Virus record (IMG/VR): IMGVR_UViG_3300047160_005525
Location: 12,777-76,776 of that record
Length of the DNA: 64,000 bases
Strand: one strand, 5' to 3'
Source: a virus
Taxonomy: Duplodnaviria; Caudoviricetes
The notes beneath the pieces are model-generated. The model ran no database searches, was not told where the DNA came from, and worked only from the letters and a program-made list of their open reading frames with translations. Position 1 is the first letter of the stretch, and the number at the start of each line of letters is the position of its first letter. The position numbers and the translations under genes were made by a program. This document shows, piece by piece, positions 28,191 through 38,047 of this stretch.

Positions 28191-29900
28191 ATGCGTTACG
28201 TTCAGCCGTGGGGAATAAGTGATCCCAATGCTAGCTACATAAACGGCGACCCATCCGTCGCGCGTCAAGGTTCGATTCCGCCAGCAGCTGCTTTCGAAAA
28301 TCCGCAGCGGGAGTTGGTCTCGGTTATTACCAACAGCCAGATCGTGCCCGACGATGGCGATCTGCAGCAGGTGTCGAAGGGCACGCGCTCGCAGCGCATG
28401 AACTACTGCGAGGATACCGGATCGGTCGACAATCTATCGGTTGCGCTCGACCCTCCGCTCGCGGGCTACACCTTTGGTCTTCCGCTTCGCGTCAAGGTTC
28501 GCAACACGAACACCGGAGCGGCGACAATTGACGCGGGCGCTGGTCGAGTGCCGATCAGGAAGCCAACCGGTGCCGAACTGAATGCCGGTGATGCTCCTGC
28601 TTTTGGTCTCATTGAGTTGGTCTATGACGGTACTGTCTTTCAGATGATCAATTTCACTGGGGCTGTGCCCAGTGGTCCTCCTCAAACTTTTCTCTACAAC
28701 ATCCCATACTGCGTTGACGCATCGGTCACGCCGAATAGCGTCATCGCTAATTTCAGTCCGGCCATAACGGCGCTGTCGGCCGGCACGATCTTCATGGTCA
28801 AGATTGCCAATACCAGCAATGGAGCTACTGCAACCATCAACGTCAACGCTCTCGGCGACAAGCCGATCTTCGCTCAAGGCTGCAACGTGAATTGGCCGCT
28901 CCTCCCCGGTGATATGCAAGCGGGCGATGTTTTGATCTTCACGTACGACGGAACGCAATTTTGGGTCTATGGTAATCCGACTATCACCGAAAATGTCACG
29001 CTCAACGTATCAACTCTTGATCAGGCTAGAGACCTCTTCAGCGCGCTTGGTCGCAAGAGGGTTTCACTATCGGGTACCTTAACGATACTCCTGGCGACGG
29101 GTGCCTATCAGGGTTTCGATGCCAACGGCGCTATTCTTACGACTTATCATCCTGATTCCGATCGCATCACGCTTGCCGGCACGATGCTGGGTGGTCAGGT
29201 CCCGCCGCCTGACGCCAGTGTCTTTCAGCGCAGCGGTTCTTCCGCCGCGGCGCGGGCAAACGATTCTGCGTACAACATCCAGATGCTGCGTGCGAGATAC
29301 GGGACCGAATTCATGCTTGGCCCAAGTAGAGGCTATGGCATCACGCATGTCGGCCCTGGGACGATCAACGTAAGCAATATCTTGATCACCGGGCCGAACT
29401 ACGAAGTTACGGGACAGTGTGGCTTCGGTGCTCTTTCAAATATGGCACCTAACGGTTGCAGCGTTTGGGGCATAGGCGACATTGGATTCGGCGCTTACGG
29501 CCCGGCGATCATGAATTGCACGAATTGTCACGCAAGTTCGGTCGCCAATCGAGGCTTTGCGGCGACCGGAAATTCTCAGGTATTTCTTTCAGGCGGTAGT
29601 TCGCAAGGAAATGTCGCATCGGGCGTCGAGATTTCACACGGTGCCAGGGGCAGTAGTCATGCCATGGATTTGGTGAGCCTATCTCAAGGCTTTCAGGCCA
29701 GTTGCAACGGCAGTTATGGAATCAGTGTTCAATCCGGCTTCATGTTGGCGGTCTATGCTACGGTTGTCGCCAACGGATCAATCGACATGTACGCGTTTAA
29801 TGGAGGGACGGCTGCAGAGTTGTACTGCACTATCGGCACTGTGTCGCCGGCCTGGGGTGCTGAAGGCAACCTGAACTCGATCGCAATATACTACGGCTAA
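28191..29900 (+). CDS. Tail fibre protein
   Basis: Follows gp48; GSIPPAAAFENPQRE N-terminus; repeated NTGAAT/TINVN modules; Gly-rich beta-helix-like C-terminus. Confidence 0.8.
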   Translation: MRYVQPWGISDPNASYINGDPSVARQGSIPPAAAFENPQRELVSVITNSQIVPDDGDLQQVSKGTRSQRMNYCEDTGSVDNLSVALDPPLAGYTFGLPLRVKVRNTNTGAATIDAGAGRVPIRKPTGAELNAGDAPAFGLIELVYDGTVFQMINFTGAVPSGPPQTFLYNIPYCVDASVTPNSVIANFSPAITALSAGTIFMVKIANTSNGATATINVNALGDKPIFAQGCNVNWPLLPGDMQAGDVLIFTYDGTQFWVYGNPTITENVTLNVSTLDQARDLFSALGRKRVSLSGTLTILLATGAYQGFDANGAILTTYHPDSDRITLAGTMLGGQVPPPDASVFQRSGSSAAARANDSAYNIQMLRARYGTEFMLGPSRGYGITHVGPGTINVSNILITGPNYEVTGQCGFGALSNMAPNGCSVWGIGDIGFGAYGPAIMNCTNCHASSVANRGFAATGNSQVFLSGGSSQGNVASGVEISHGARGSSHAMDLVSLSQGFQASCNGSYGISVQSGFMLAVYATVVANGSIDMYAFNGGTAAELYCTIGTVSPAWGAEGNLNSIAIYYG

Positions 29901-29918
29901 TAGGTGAAGGAAGATCAA

Positions 29919-30401
29919 ATGCAGAATGTCCAGGTCTTCATCAAATCGGAAGAACTCGGTGCCGCTAATCCGTCAGTGATTGCTTATTATCCTACAGATC
30001 GCGCGGTTCCGAAGAATACGCATGGCGAGGGGATGTCCGTTTATGTTCTGCCAAGTGAAGCAATAAAGCAGCCTTCGTATGGTGGTGGCGGGCCGACGCT
30101 GGTCGACAATTGGCAGAACTATCTTCCGGTGTCGTTGACCAGCGAGGCGGCATTACGGATCGAGGGGACGTTTCCGCTTTCGGAGCAAGTTGCCAGTCTT
30201 CATCAGACAATCGAGTACATGCAGAAATACGGCGCTGATCCATCGAAGTGGCCGCTTGATGCGAGGCAGCAAGAGGCCGCGCTCGATCCGAAGTGGGACT
30301 ACGTCGATGCCGTAAACGAAAGCGCAAAAAAATACGCTACGGCGCGCCCGTATGATTTATCTAGCGACAAAGTCTGGCCGACTCCGCCGCCGAAGAAATG
30401 A
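29919..30401 (+). CDS. Hypothetical, possible fibre assembly protein
   Basis: ORF directly after the fibre gene, with RBS. Confidence 0.5.
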   Translation: MQNVQVFIKSEELGAANPSVIAYYPTDRAVPKNTHGEGMSVYVLPSEAIKQPSYGGGGPTLVDNWQNYLPVSLTSEAALRIEGTFPLSEQVASLHQTIEYMQKYGADPSKWPLDARQQEAALDPKWDYVDAVNESAKKYATARPYDLSSDKVWPTPPPKK

Positions 30402-30410
30402 GTTGTCGCG

Positions 30411-30818
30411 ATGACTAACATTCTAGCGATGCCGCTGGTCGATCTTAAGGTCCAAACCAGCAACAACGAGGATTGGATCGATTCGATTGTGTATTATGTC
30501 GATACTGGCGTCACTCCGCCAACTGACCAACTTGACATCCGGGGCATCATTTTCGAGATGGAGGTTCGTCGCTCAGCGACCGACCATGAGGTTGTATTAT
30601 CGGCATCAACCGAGAACGGCACGATCGAAGTTGGGATGCCGCCGGACTTCGGCTTTTTTCTGTTCCAAATTCCGGTTACGCAGATGGTCAATTTGCCCGC
30701 TGCTGACACCTATGTCGGCGACATCGTCGGCAGAGACATGTTTTTCACACGCCAGATCATGACGATCGAACTAACCATCATCGAAGGCATAACCAAGCAA
30801 CCGGTTGTGTTAGATTAA
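30411..30818 (+). CDS. Hypothetical virion protein (BppU-N-like)
   Basis: LDIRGIIFEMEVRR...YVGDIV pattern. Confidence 0.5.
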   Translation: MTNILAMPLVDLKVQTSNNEDWIDSIVYYVDTGVTPPTDQLDIRGIIFEMEVRRSATDHEVVLSASTENGTIEVGMPPDFGFFLFQIPVTQMVNLPAADTYVGDIVGRDMFFTRQIMTIELTIIEGITKQPVVLD

Positions 30819-30819
30819 G

Positions 30820-32817
30820 ATGGCAACTAAGAGCACGATTACTCCTGCCCCAACGCCAGCGACGATTGTTGTCGCAGCGCCCTATGGCGCGGAGGGTCCG
30901 CTCATCGCGGGCACGAGCCAGACGCCGAATCCGGTTGATACGCTCTCAGCCAAGTCGTTCACGATCAATGAGTACAATCGTAGTTTCTATCTCAACACAC
31001 GACTGCGCGCGACCGCGGTCGGCTTCAGCGATACTTTCTTTGAAGGGCTGGTGACAGCTTGGGACGGTCAGATTGTTACCATCCTTCCTGATCTCGCACA
31101 CAATCCGAGCGCCACGATCTATTCGAACTGGAACCTCAACGTCGCTGGTCAACCGGGCATACAGGGGATACAGGGACCGGTTGGAGCGGAAGGACCGTCG
31201 GGCGGACCAGTGGGGCCGCAGGGACCTCCTGGAGTGCCAGGCGCGGTTTGGCGCAATGGCACTGGTGCGCCTGCCAACTCGCTCGGTGCGGATGGTGATT
31301 ATTATTTGCAAGACGACACTGGCGACGTCTGGCTGCGAGCAGTGTCGATCTATTCGATCGTCGCCAACATTCATGGTGCCGCTGGCGCAACTGGTGCCGT
31401 GGGTCCGATTGGACCGCAGGGACCGCAAGGCATCATCGAGGAGGCTCCGACCGATGGTGGCTTCTACGCTCGGCAGAATGCCAAATGGGCGTCGCCACCC
31501 GGTGGTGGCAACGTCAGCGCAGGTGGCACGCCGACCGCTGGGCAGCTTGCGCAGTGGAGCAGTCCCAACACAATCATCGGCATCACGTCGACCTACGGCA
31601 ACGTCTCGGCCACTGGCACGCCAACGGTCAATCAATGGGCGCAGTGGACCGACGCGACGCATGTTCAAGGTGTAGCTACGGGCGCAACGCCATGGGTGCA
31701 AAAAGCCGGCGACTCGATGTCCGGCGATCTCGTCATCTCAAAAGCTAATCCTCTGCTGGACTTGAGAAAGACTGCGGCGGGGCAAACTTGTCAGATTTTC
31801 GGTCGAAACGGCACCAGCTTACGATGGAATCTCAATTTTGCAGACGTTACGGCAGAGAGCGGCGGTAACGCCGGCTCCGATTTCACGCTTAATGCTTATG
31901 ACGACACCGGAAATTATTTGTCGAGTCCGCTGCAGATCATGCGCAGCAATGGCTTCGCTCAGGTCGTCGGCGATCCCATTTGGCCACTCGGCATAGCCAC
32001 CAAGCAATATGTTGATTCTGTCAGGCAATATTATGATTCTGCACCGCATTGCGGGCTTCTGACTCTTTTCAGCATCACGCAACTCAAATTTGCGCCGTTC
32101 AACGGCAACAAGATTAAGATCAACGGTACGATCTATGATATTCCGCCGACCGGTATCGCCGGTCTGACCATTACTGGCGTCTACCTCGACGGTATTGCAA
32201 ACCAGGTTCTCGCGGCAAATACGACATATCTGGTTTTTGCTTTTTTAGTCGGATCAACGATAACAGCAGATTTTCGCACTGCAGCTTCTCACGCAACTAG
32301 CCCGACAGCAGGCAACGTTGGCACCGAGGTCATGTATTACAGTCCAAATTATTACGATACTGAGACTTTGATTGGCATCGTCCGAACTACTACAAGCCCA
32401 ATCAATTTCGCTGATAGCCCAACTCAGCGCTTCGTGCGCTCTTGGTTTAATCGAAATAGATTGTATTGTGAAGGGGTGCCGCTAAGTGGTATGGCAACGT
32501 CTTATACCGTAGACTATAGTCCACTGGGTAGCACTGTCGAATGGGTTAATTTCTCTGATGACGCAATCGAAATTAAATGTCCAGGATTTGCCGATAATAA
32601 TAATACGGGTGGTGGCGTGGACTACGTTTGTGCCTGGGTTGATGGCATTGTTCAGGGTCAAGCCATTTATGTCTTTAGTCGTGTTAATCAATGGGCAAGC
32701 TTTGCGCCAACTTTTATCGCTAATCTTGCTGAAGGGTATCATTCGGGAGACTTGAGTGCTTTTGTCTCTGCGGGCACTGGGCGTTTCTATGGAACAACAT
32801 ATGTTACTATCGGATGA
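30820..32817 (+). CDS. Tail fibre protein with short collagen repeats
   Basis: GXY runs; WRNGTGAPANSLGADGDYY; EEAPTDGGFYARQ; KAGDSMSGDL; ATKQYVD. Confidence 0.8.
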   Translation: MATKSTITPAPTPATIVVAAPYGAEGPLIAGTSQTPNPVDTLSAKSFTINEYNRSFYLNTRLRATAVGFSDTFFEGLVTAWDGQIVTILPDLAHNPSATIYSNWNLNVAGQPGIQGIQGPVGAEGPSGGPVGPQGPPGVPGAVWRNGTGAPANSLGADGDYYLQDDTGDVWLRAVSIYSIVANIHGAAGATGAVGPIGPQGPQGIIEEAPTDGGFYARQNAKWASPPGGGNVSAGGTPTAGQLAQWSSPNTIIGITSTYGNVSATGTPTVNQWAQWTDATHVQGVATGATPWVQKAGDSMSGDLVISKANPLLDLRKTAAGQTCQIFGRNGTSLRWNLNFADVTAESGGNAGSDFTLNAYDDTGNYLSSPLQIMRSNGFAQVVGDPIWPLGIATKQYVDSVRQYYDSAPHCGLLTLFSITQLKFAPFNGNKIKINGTIYDIPPTGIAGLTITGVYLDGIANQVLAANTTYLVFAFLVGSTITADFRTAASHATSPTAGNVGTEVMYYSPNYYDTETLIGIVRTTTSPINFADSPTQRFVRSWFNRNRLYCEGVPLSGMATSYTVDYSPLGSTVEWVNFSDDAIEIKCPGFADNNNTGGGVDYVCAWVDGIVQGQAIYVFSRVNQWASFAPTFIANLAEGYHSGDLSAFVSAGTGRFYGTTYVTIG

Positions 32818-32826
32818 TGCGCGCTG

Positions 32827-33204
32827 ATGCGCGACTGGATCGACAGTCATCCCTATGTCACGTTCTTCCTGCTTATCTGTGTGCTGCTTGCGGCCGGCGT
32901 GCTCGGCTATCTAGCGTCGACGTCAGGAGCGCGCGGGCAGGGAGCGGACAGTCCTAATATTCTTCCGCCGAGAGGGACCTTCATTGGCAAGCAGACGCCT
33001 TATGATCGGCATCTCATTGAATTGGATAAAGTTGCTTTAGATGCGGCCTACGTGGACCAACTTCAGAGACTCTTCTCAGTGTGGATGAAAGATGACTCGA
33101 ACCAGCCCGACCGGGCGATCAAGGGTGCGCAACAAGCACGCAGGGCGTTTATTTTAGTTATGGAGCAGATAGAGAAACGCGAACGGGATTTGCCGCCGCC
33201 ATGA
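32827..33204 (+). CDS. Membrane-anchored hypothetical protein
   Basis: N-terminal hydrophobic helix; upstream of the endolysin. Confidence 0.6.
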   Translation: MRDWIDSHPYVTFFLLICVLLAAGVLGYLASTSGARGQGADSPNILPPRGTFIGKQTPYDRHLIELDKVALDAAYVDQLQRLFSVWMKDDSNQPDRAIKGAQQARRAFILVMEQIEKRERDLPPP

Positions 33205-33229
33205 TCTCTTCCACCTAAGCTGCAAGTAG

Positions 33230-33421
33230 ATGCGTAAGCTTTTAGACGAAGCCTTGAATGACGCCTTCAAAGTGCAGTTCAATAACTTGTTCAATGTTCT
33301 TTGCGCAGCCCCAGATCATGATCCGGCAATTCAACGATTTCATCGCGGTTTAAAAAGGGCCGTTGAGATGCGCCGTCATGCCACGAGGGTTATCGAGCAC
33401 ATGCTTGAGGAAACCAAATGA
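33230..33421 (+). CDS. Small hypothetical protein resembling the C-terminus of the preceding ORF
   Basis: Stop overlaps the endolysin start. Confidence 0.55.
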   Translation: MRKLLDEALNDAFKVQFNNLFNVLCAAPDHDPAIQRFHRGLKRAVEMRRHATRVIEHMLEETK

Positions 33422-35022
33422 TCATCGCGCTGAGTTCAGGCCATGCTCGTGATTGCCCAGGCGCTTCGGACATCATCGATGAGGTCACGGAGGCGCGACG
33501 CGTGGTCGAGCGTACAGCGCAATATCTTCGCACCGCTGGCATCGATGTCCGCGTTTTCCATGACAACGAATCGACATCTCAGGACGAGAATCTAGACGCC
33601 ATCATTGACTGGACGAATGCCCAAGATGCCGATCTCGCGGTCTCGATTCATTTCAATTCGAACGGGACCACGTCTCAGCCGGTCGGTACTGAATGTTGGT
33701 ACAAGACGCAACGAGAGTTAGCGGCTGACGTCGCTGCCGAGATTGCTATATCTTCAGGGCTTATCGATCGAGGCGGCAAACAGACCGATTCTTTGGCATT
33801 TTTGAATGGGACCGAAGCTCCAGCGATCTTGGTAGAGGTCTGTTTCGTAAATTCACAGGCGGACTGCACAACCTATCGACAGAAATTCGATGACGTTTGT
33901 CGCGCTCTCGCCGGTGCGATATCGAGCGAGACAATCCCGCCGAGCGAGCCGGGTGAACGTGCCCCGCGTCCTGAATGGCCGCAATTCCCCGAAGCGCCAG
34001 AGGGACCACCATGGGACAGCAGACCTGAAGAAGTTCCGATCGAGGATCGACCGACACTACGGCGCGGCGATGAAGGCCCTCATGTGCTCGACATGCAGCG
34101 CATGATCCCGCGGTTCACCGGTGACTTCGACGGCGACTTTGGACCGACGACGGAAGACAATGTTCTGCGCTATCAGGACTCGCGCGGGCTCGATGCTGAT
34201 GGCATCTGCGGGCCGATTATGTGGGAGGCGCTGTACACGCACAAGCTTCCTGTGCCGCCTCCGCCGGCTCCGCCTGGTGCGCTTACGCCCGAGCAGCAGG
34301 TCGTGATCATGCGGCTCGCGAACGATTCTGCGATTGCTGATTACTATTGGCAGGATCGTGGTATTGCGCCAAACGGTTGGATCACTGGCATGGCATTGGC
34401 GTTCGGGCAAACTTACAAGAAATGGAAGGTTGGTCATCCGGCTGCACTCGAGATGGCGAAAGCGCGCATGGACACCGACAAGGACGTGCTCAATCTCTAT
34501 CGCGATGAGTTCGAGCAGCTTGGTATGCCAAATGAAGATGATGGGGCTGATACGTTGCGGCATCTCTTTGCCCTTCTTATCGGGCACGGCATGAGAGAGA
34601 GTTCGGGCGCCTACTGCGAAGGTCGAGACATGAGCGCCGACAATGTCGAAAGCGATACGGCTGAAGCTGGCGCCTTCCAGACTTCATACAACGCGCACAC
34701 CGCGAGCGATCCGGAATTCGACAACCTGATGGATGAATATCTGCACGGTCTATCGCCGGGTTATGAAGATGCTTTCTCGGAGGGCGTATCATGTTCGTCG
34801 GACGATTGGGAAAATTACGGCAGTCCAGAAGAGCGTGGCTATCAATTTCAGCGGCTGAGCAAAGACGCACCTGCGATGGCTGCCGAGCACTGCGCACTTA
34901 CCTCACGAAATCTCGCGAATCATTACGGGCCTTATCTGCGTCACGAGACCGAACTCAAGGAGGACGCAGATAACATGCTTGAGGCTGTGGCGGCTTATCT
35001 TGACGAAACCGAGCAAGCATGA
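33418..35022 (+). CDS. Modular endolysin: Amidase_3, peptidoglycan-binding domain, and putative lysozyme-like domain
   Basis: SSGH...E...SIHFNS...PAILVEVCFV; LRRGDEG...DGDFGPTTE...YQDSRGLDADGICG; GMRESSG...AGAFQTSYN. Confidence 0.88.
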   Translation: MIIALSSGHARDCPGASDIIDEVTEARRVVERTAQYLRTAGIDVRVFHDNESTSQDENLDAIIDWTNAQDADLAVSIHFNSNGTTSQPVGTECWYKTQRELAADVAAEIAISSGLIDRGGKQTDSLAFLNGTEAPAILVEVCFVNSQADCTTYRQKFDDVCRALAGAISSETIPPSEPGERAPRPEWPQFPEAPEGPPWDSRPEEVPIEDRPTLRRGDEGPHVLDMQRMIPRFTGDFDGDFGPTTEDNVLRYQDSRGLDADGICGPIMWEALYTHKLPVPPPPAPPGALTPEQQVVIMRLANDSAIADYYWQDRGIAPNGWITGMALAFGQTYKKWKVGHPAALEMAKARMDTDKDVLNLYRDEFEQLGMPNEDDGADTLRHLFALLIGHGMRESSGAYCEGRDMSADNVESDTAEAGAFQTSYNAHTASDPEFDNLMDEYLHGLSPGYEDAFSEGVSCSSDDWENYGSPEERGYQFQRLSKDAPAMAAEHCALTSRNLANHYGPYLRHETELKEDADNMLEAVAAYLDETEQA

Positions 35023-35145
35023 GAAACGGCCGCCCATTTTGTGACGACCGTTTCTCCCCTGCCATGCCTTACCGGGCCATGCCGCGCCCCGCCAGACCGG
35101 ACCTTGCCACGCCCAACCGGGCCATGCCGCGCCCTGGCTAGCGAC
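35021..35145 (-). ncRNA. Orphan GGY/NN unit with 3' hairpin
   Basis: About 15 RCC triads at 35061-35133; hairpin GAGAAACGG...CCGTTTCTC at 35021-35056. Confidence 0.7.
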
Positions 35146-35455
35146 CTGGCGTTTTAGCGCTCGGTCGCTGCGACATCTTATCATCATTTACGTTTTAGAA
35201 AGTGAGCCGCCGCCGAGTGAGCCGAAGGTGGGTTAGCGTCGAGTTCGCAATCACGCCGGCAATGCTTGCAGCAGCGACAGTTCTTTTTTGGCTTGAGCGG
35301 ACACGAGCGCGGCAGCACCGAATTTCGGAGCTTGCATTGCGGGCAGGATTTCGCGACGGGCGGCATGGAAATGGCAATATCAGACATGCGCAACGACTGA
35401 ATTATTTAACTTCGCAACTCAATTAAATAATTTCGTAATTCACAGGAGGGATCAA

Positions 35456-35557
35456 ATGACTGAAGAACAAATGAATGCCGCCAAGATCGCCGGCGTTGTT
35501 GCCTTGATTGTTATAGCGGTCGCGCTGTTTGGTTGGCTGATGGGCTGGTGGGGCTAA
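35456..35557 (+). CDS. 33-aa single-TM peptide
   Basis: MTEEQMNAAKIAGVVALIVIAVALFGWLMGWWG with AGGAGG RBS; read by eye, below the ORF-track cutoff. Confidence 0.7.
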   Translation: MTEEQMNAAKIAGVVALIVIAVALFGWLMGWWG

Positions 35558-35612
35558 CATGGCTCGCATACCGGCTCATCTGATTCGTCGTCTAAAACAA
35601 GAGGAGAGATGC

Positions 35613-35948
35613 ATGAGCTATACGCTTCCAAGCGGGATGCAAGTTACTTGCCAAATTTCTTACGTTGATGCCGCGGGCAATCCCGCTGTCGTTGATGGTG
35701 ATGTGGCGTGGTCATCGAGCGATGAAACTAAGCTCGTCGTCTTTGTCAACTCACAGGATTCGACAAAGGTCGTCCTGCGAACTGTCGGGCCAGTCGGCCT
35801 CGTTCAAGTCAAAGCAACGGCTGATGCTGATTTAGGCGCGGGCGTTCGCGAACTTGTCACTACCGCCGATGTCGACATTATCGCCGGTGAGGCAGTTGCC
35901 GGCATGATTTCACCAATCGGTCCCGCCGAGCCAATCCCCGCGGCATAA
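35613..35948 (+). CDS. Ig-like domain protein
   Basis: GAGGAG RBS; VDAAGNPAVVDGDVAWSSSD...VQVKATADADLG. Confidence 0.65.
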   Translation: MSYTLPSGMQVTCQISYVDAAGNPAVVDGDVAWSSSDETKLVVFVNSQDSTKVVLRTVGPVGLVQVKATADADLGAGVRELVTTADVDIIAGEAVAGMISPIGPAEPIPAA

Positions 35949-35950
35949 AT

Positions 35951-36058
35951 GAGAGCGAGAGCTTTCGCTCCCGCTCTCCCCTACCTTGCCTCGCCGGGCC
36001 GTACCATACCATTCCTTGCCCGACCACACCCCGCCGCGCCCCACCAGACCTCGCCGCG
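35951..36058 (-). ncRNA. Orphan GGY/NN unit with 3' GAAA-capped hairpin
   Basis: Minus strand reads (GGY-NN)x~15 then GAGAGCGGGAGC-GAAA-GCUCUCGCUCUC. Confidence 0.72.
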
Positions 36059-36074
36059 GTTAATCTCTAGTATC

Positions 36075-36161
36075 ATGACCCAATCTTGGCGCCAAATTCT
36101 GATCTGGAGTGCGTTATTGGTCGCTGGTATTGCATTGATCATGCTAGCGTTCGGGGGCTGA
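36075..36161 (+). CDS. 28-aa single-TM peptide
   Basis: MTQSWRQILIWSALLVAGIALIMLAFGG. Confidence 0.5.
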   Translation: MTQSWRQILIWSALLVAGIALIMLAFGG

Positions 36162-36163
36162 TC

Positions 36164-36355
36164 ATGGCCGATGATCAGGGTTATGCAGCGACGCTTGAGG
36201 GTTTCGTTGCGCGCTTTGATGATCTCGCCATCAAATTGCGCGAGGCCGCAAACGCGCAGGACTATGATGAGGTCTCCGATCTGGTCGACGAGCTTCTCGA
36301 AGATCTCGAACGAGCGGCCGACTTCATCAAGAAAAAACGCGAGGAGCGGGGATAA
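36164..36355 (+). CDS. Small acidic helical hypothetical protein
   Basis: ATG at 36164 after a GGGGG RBS-like run. Confidence 0.55.
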   Translation: MADDQGYAATLEGFVARFDDLAIKLREAANAQDYDEVSDLVDELLEDLERAADFIKKKREERG

Positions 36356-36452
36356 TTCTGGGGATGTTTTGCGATTTGCTATTTCACAGGAGCGTGGATG
36401 CGATAGACTGATTCTGTAGCGTTGAGTCCTGTTCGTTACACTCGTCTAACTG

Positions 36453-36497
36453 AACCCGGTCGAGCTTGAAGTGGAGGCTCGGCCGGGTTTTTTATTT
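36453..36497 (+). terminator. Intrinsic terminator ending the late operon
   Basis: AACCCGGTCGAGCTT-loop-GGCTCGGCCGGGTT followed by a T tract, at the convergence of + and - gene blocks. Confidence 0.85.
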
Positions 36498-36616
36498 AAT
36501 CCTCGGTGGGGAGTAGATCGCCGATTTCATCATCGGGATCGGGTGCGGCTGAAGGATTAAGCTGATCGAGCAGCTTACGTAACGCGCGGGCCGGTGACAC
36601 TGCTTGACTTAATAAT

Positions 36617-36727
36617 GAGAGCGAGAGCTTTTGGCCCTCGCTCTCCCTTGCCTCGCCGCGCCGCGCCAAGCCTTGCCGTGCCTGGCCTAGCCACGCCCTA
36701 CCCCGCCTAGCCGCGCCCCGCCACATT
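36617..36727 (-). ncRNA. Orphan GGY/NN unit with 3' hairpin
   Basis: About 15 RCC triads at 36650-36722; hairpin 36617-36645 nearly identical to the one at 35951. Confidence 0.72.
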
Positions 36728-36739
36728 AAAAATAAAATC

Positions 36740-37054
36740 TCATCGCTCTTTCCCCAGCCATCGATAAGCTTGATGCCGCAAACTACGTGGCACAGCACGC
36801 GCTTCGACGCGAATATATGAGCTTGTGGCTTTAGAAGGCAATCGATACCAAACGAGTTTACTCGATTTCCAGGTTCGGTGAGCAACGTAGACTTGGCCAT
36901 TGCGCGGTCGGCTGACGAAGAGACCGTGTAAAGCATGGCGAGAAGTGCGGGGAAGCGCAGCTGGTGGGGCTGTGTGTGCTACGCTCCCCCTGGCCGGCAT
37001 CACGGGGGGCTGTTGCAATGCCGGGTCCAAATTGTAGTCGTTAGAGAAGTCCAT
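36740..37054 (-). CDS. Hypothetical protein
   Basis: ORF in the minus-strand block, ending just upstream of a pentamer unit. Confidence 0.5.
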   Translation of the reverse strand: MDFSNDYNLDPALQQPPVMPARGSVAHTAPPAALPRTSRHALHGLFVSRPRNGQVYVAHRTWKSSKLVWYRLPSKATSSYIRVEARAVPRSLRHQAYRWLGKER

Positions 37055-37059
37055 TGGGA

Positions 37060-37206
37060 TCAGTCTTGTTCCGGTTTTTTATCGATTTCTGCCGGCACCT
37101 CACCTCTGCCCTGGCAATGTGTGCAGGGATCTCGCCGCGTGATCTGGCCTTTGTCGTCGTGCGTGACGAGCCAGCAAGTGCCGTGGCAGCAGGGACAGCT
37201 GACCAT
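37060..37206 (-). CDS. 48-aa DnaJ-type zinc-finger protein
   Basis: MVSCPCCHGTCW...DPCTHCQGRGEV, read by eye. Confidence 0.7.
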   Translation of the reverse strand: MVSCPCCHGTCWLVTHDDKGQITRRDPCTHCQGRGEVPAEIDKKPEQD

Positions 37207-37209
37207 GAT

Positions 37210-37530
37210 TCATCGCCGAGCTCCTCCGAAGTGCGACGGCGCCGGTCCAGACGCGTGGCCGGTGACGCTGCCGCGGGAATCGTAGAACGTCGTCGTGCCG
37301 CCCGGCGTGGTCGTTGTCGTGCCGAGCGAATTGCCACGGCTGTCGAAGTAACGCACGCTGCCGGCGCCCTGTGGCGCCGCGGTGCCGATCGAATTGCCAC
37401 GAGAGTCATAGAAGCGGGTCTGTTCTTCGGCGTTTGCACGATGCAGCGATAAGCCTAACAATAAGAGTACGACTGCTGTGATTGTTGTGAGTATCCATGT
37501 GTGCAGGCGCAGTTCAAACATCAGAGACAT
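37210..37530 (-). CDS. Secreted protein with three YDSRG-type repeats
   Basis: Signal peptide ending ANA; FYDSRGNSIG, YFDSRGNSLG, FYDSRGSVTG. Confidence 0.7.
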   Translation of the reverse strand: MSLMFELRLHTWILTTITAVVLLLLGLSLHRANAEEQTRFYDSRGNSIGTAAPQGAGSVRYFDSRGNSLGTTTTTPGGTTTFYDSRGSVTGHASGPAPSHFGGARR

Positions 37531-37870
37531 TTCTGTTTTCCTTCTGGATGACGATGGTGATGGTTGGATTTTTGAGCACGACTAGGATGGTGGGCCGTGG
37601 AGCGCAGAGTTGTCGTAGCTCCTCGCGCGGCCACAGCCATCGCAGCAGCAGCCAGCCGATCGCCAGCATGATCAGCAGGTGGATCATGAGACCATCAACT
37701 TGGTTTTGGGTGGCGGCTTCAGTTGCTTAATTTTGGCCTGCACAGATTCTGCGGCTTTTAGACGATCCTTCGAACAATCGATGTACATATCCATTGCAAG
37801 CTCGACTTCGAAGCATTCGTCGTCGGACAAAGTGAGCGTATGTTGCTTGTCGTTCATTACTTAGTTCTCC

Positions 37871-38047
37871 TCACGGTCTGCATTGTTCGGGATTGCCGCC
37901 GCGACGCAGGCATTCTTCTTGCTGCTGCTGAAGCTGCTGCTGGCGCAGTGGGTCGAAGCGGTGCGGCTGCGCGCAACTCAACAGCAATGCGAGCAGTGCT
38001 CCGACGATGGGCGACAAATAAAGCCAAAAATCTTCCCAACGGTTCAT
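37871..38047 (-). CDS. Small putative lipoprotein
   Basis: Hydrophobic stretch ending LLLSC. Confidence 0.5.
   Translation of the reverse strand: MNRWEDFWLYLSPIVGALLALLLSCAQPHRFDPLRQQQLQQQQEECLRRGGNPEQCRP

Noticed and set aside
35184-35426. Cys-rich minus ORF or overlapping plus ORF after the endolysin
   Set aside because: Several overlapping short frames, none with a convincing RBS or motif; left uncalled.
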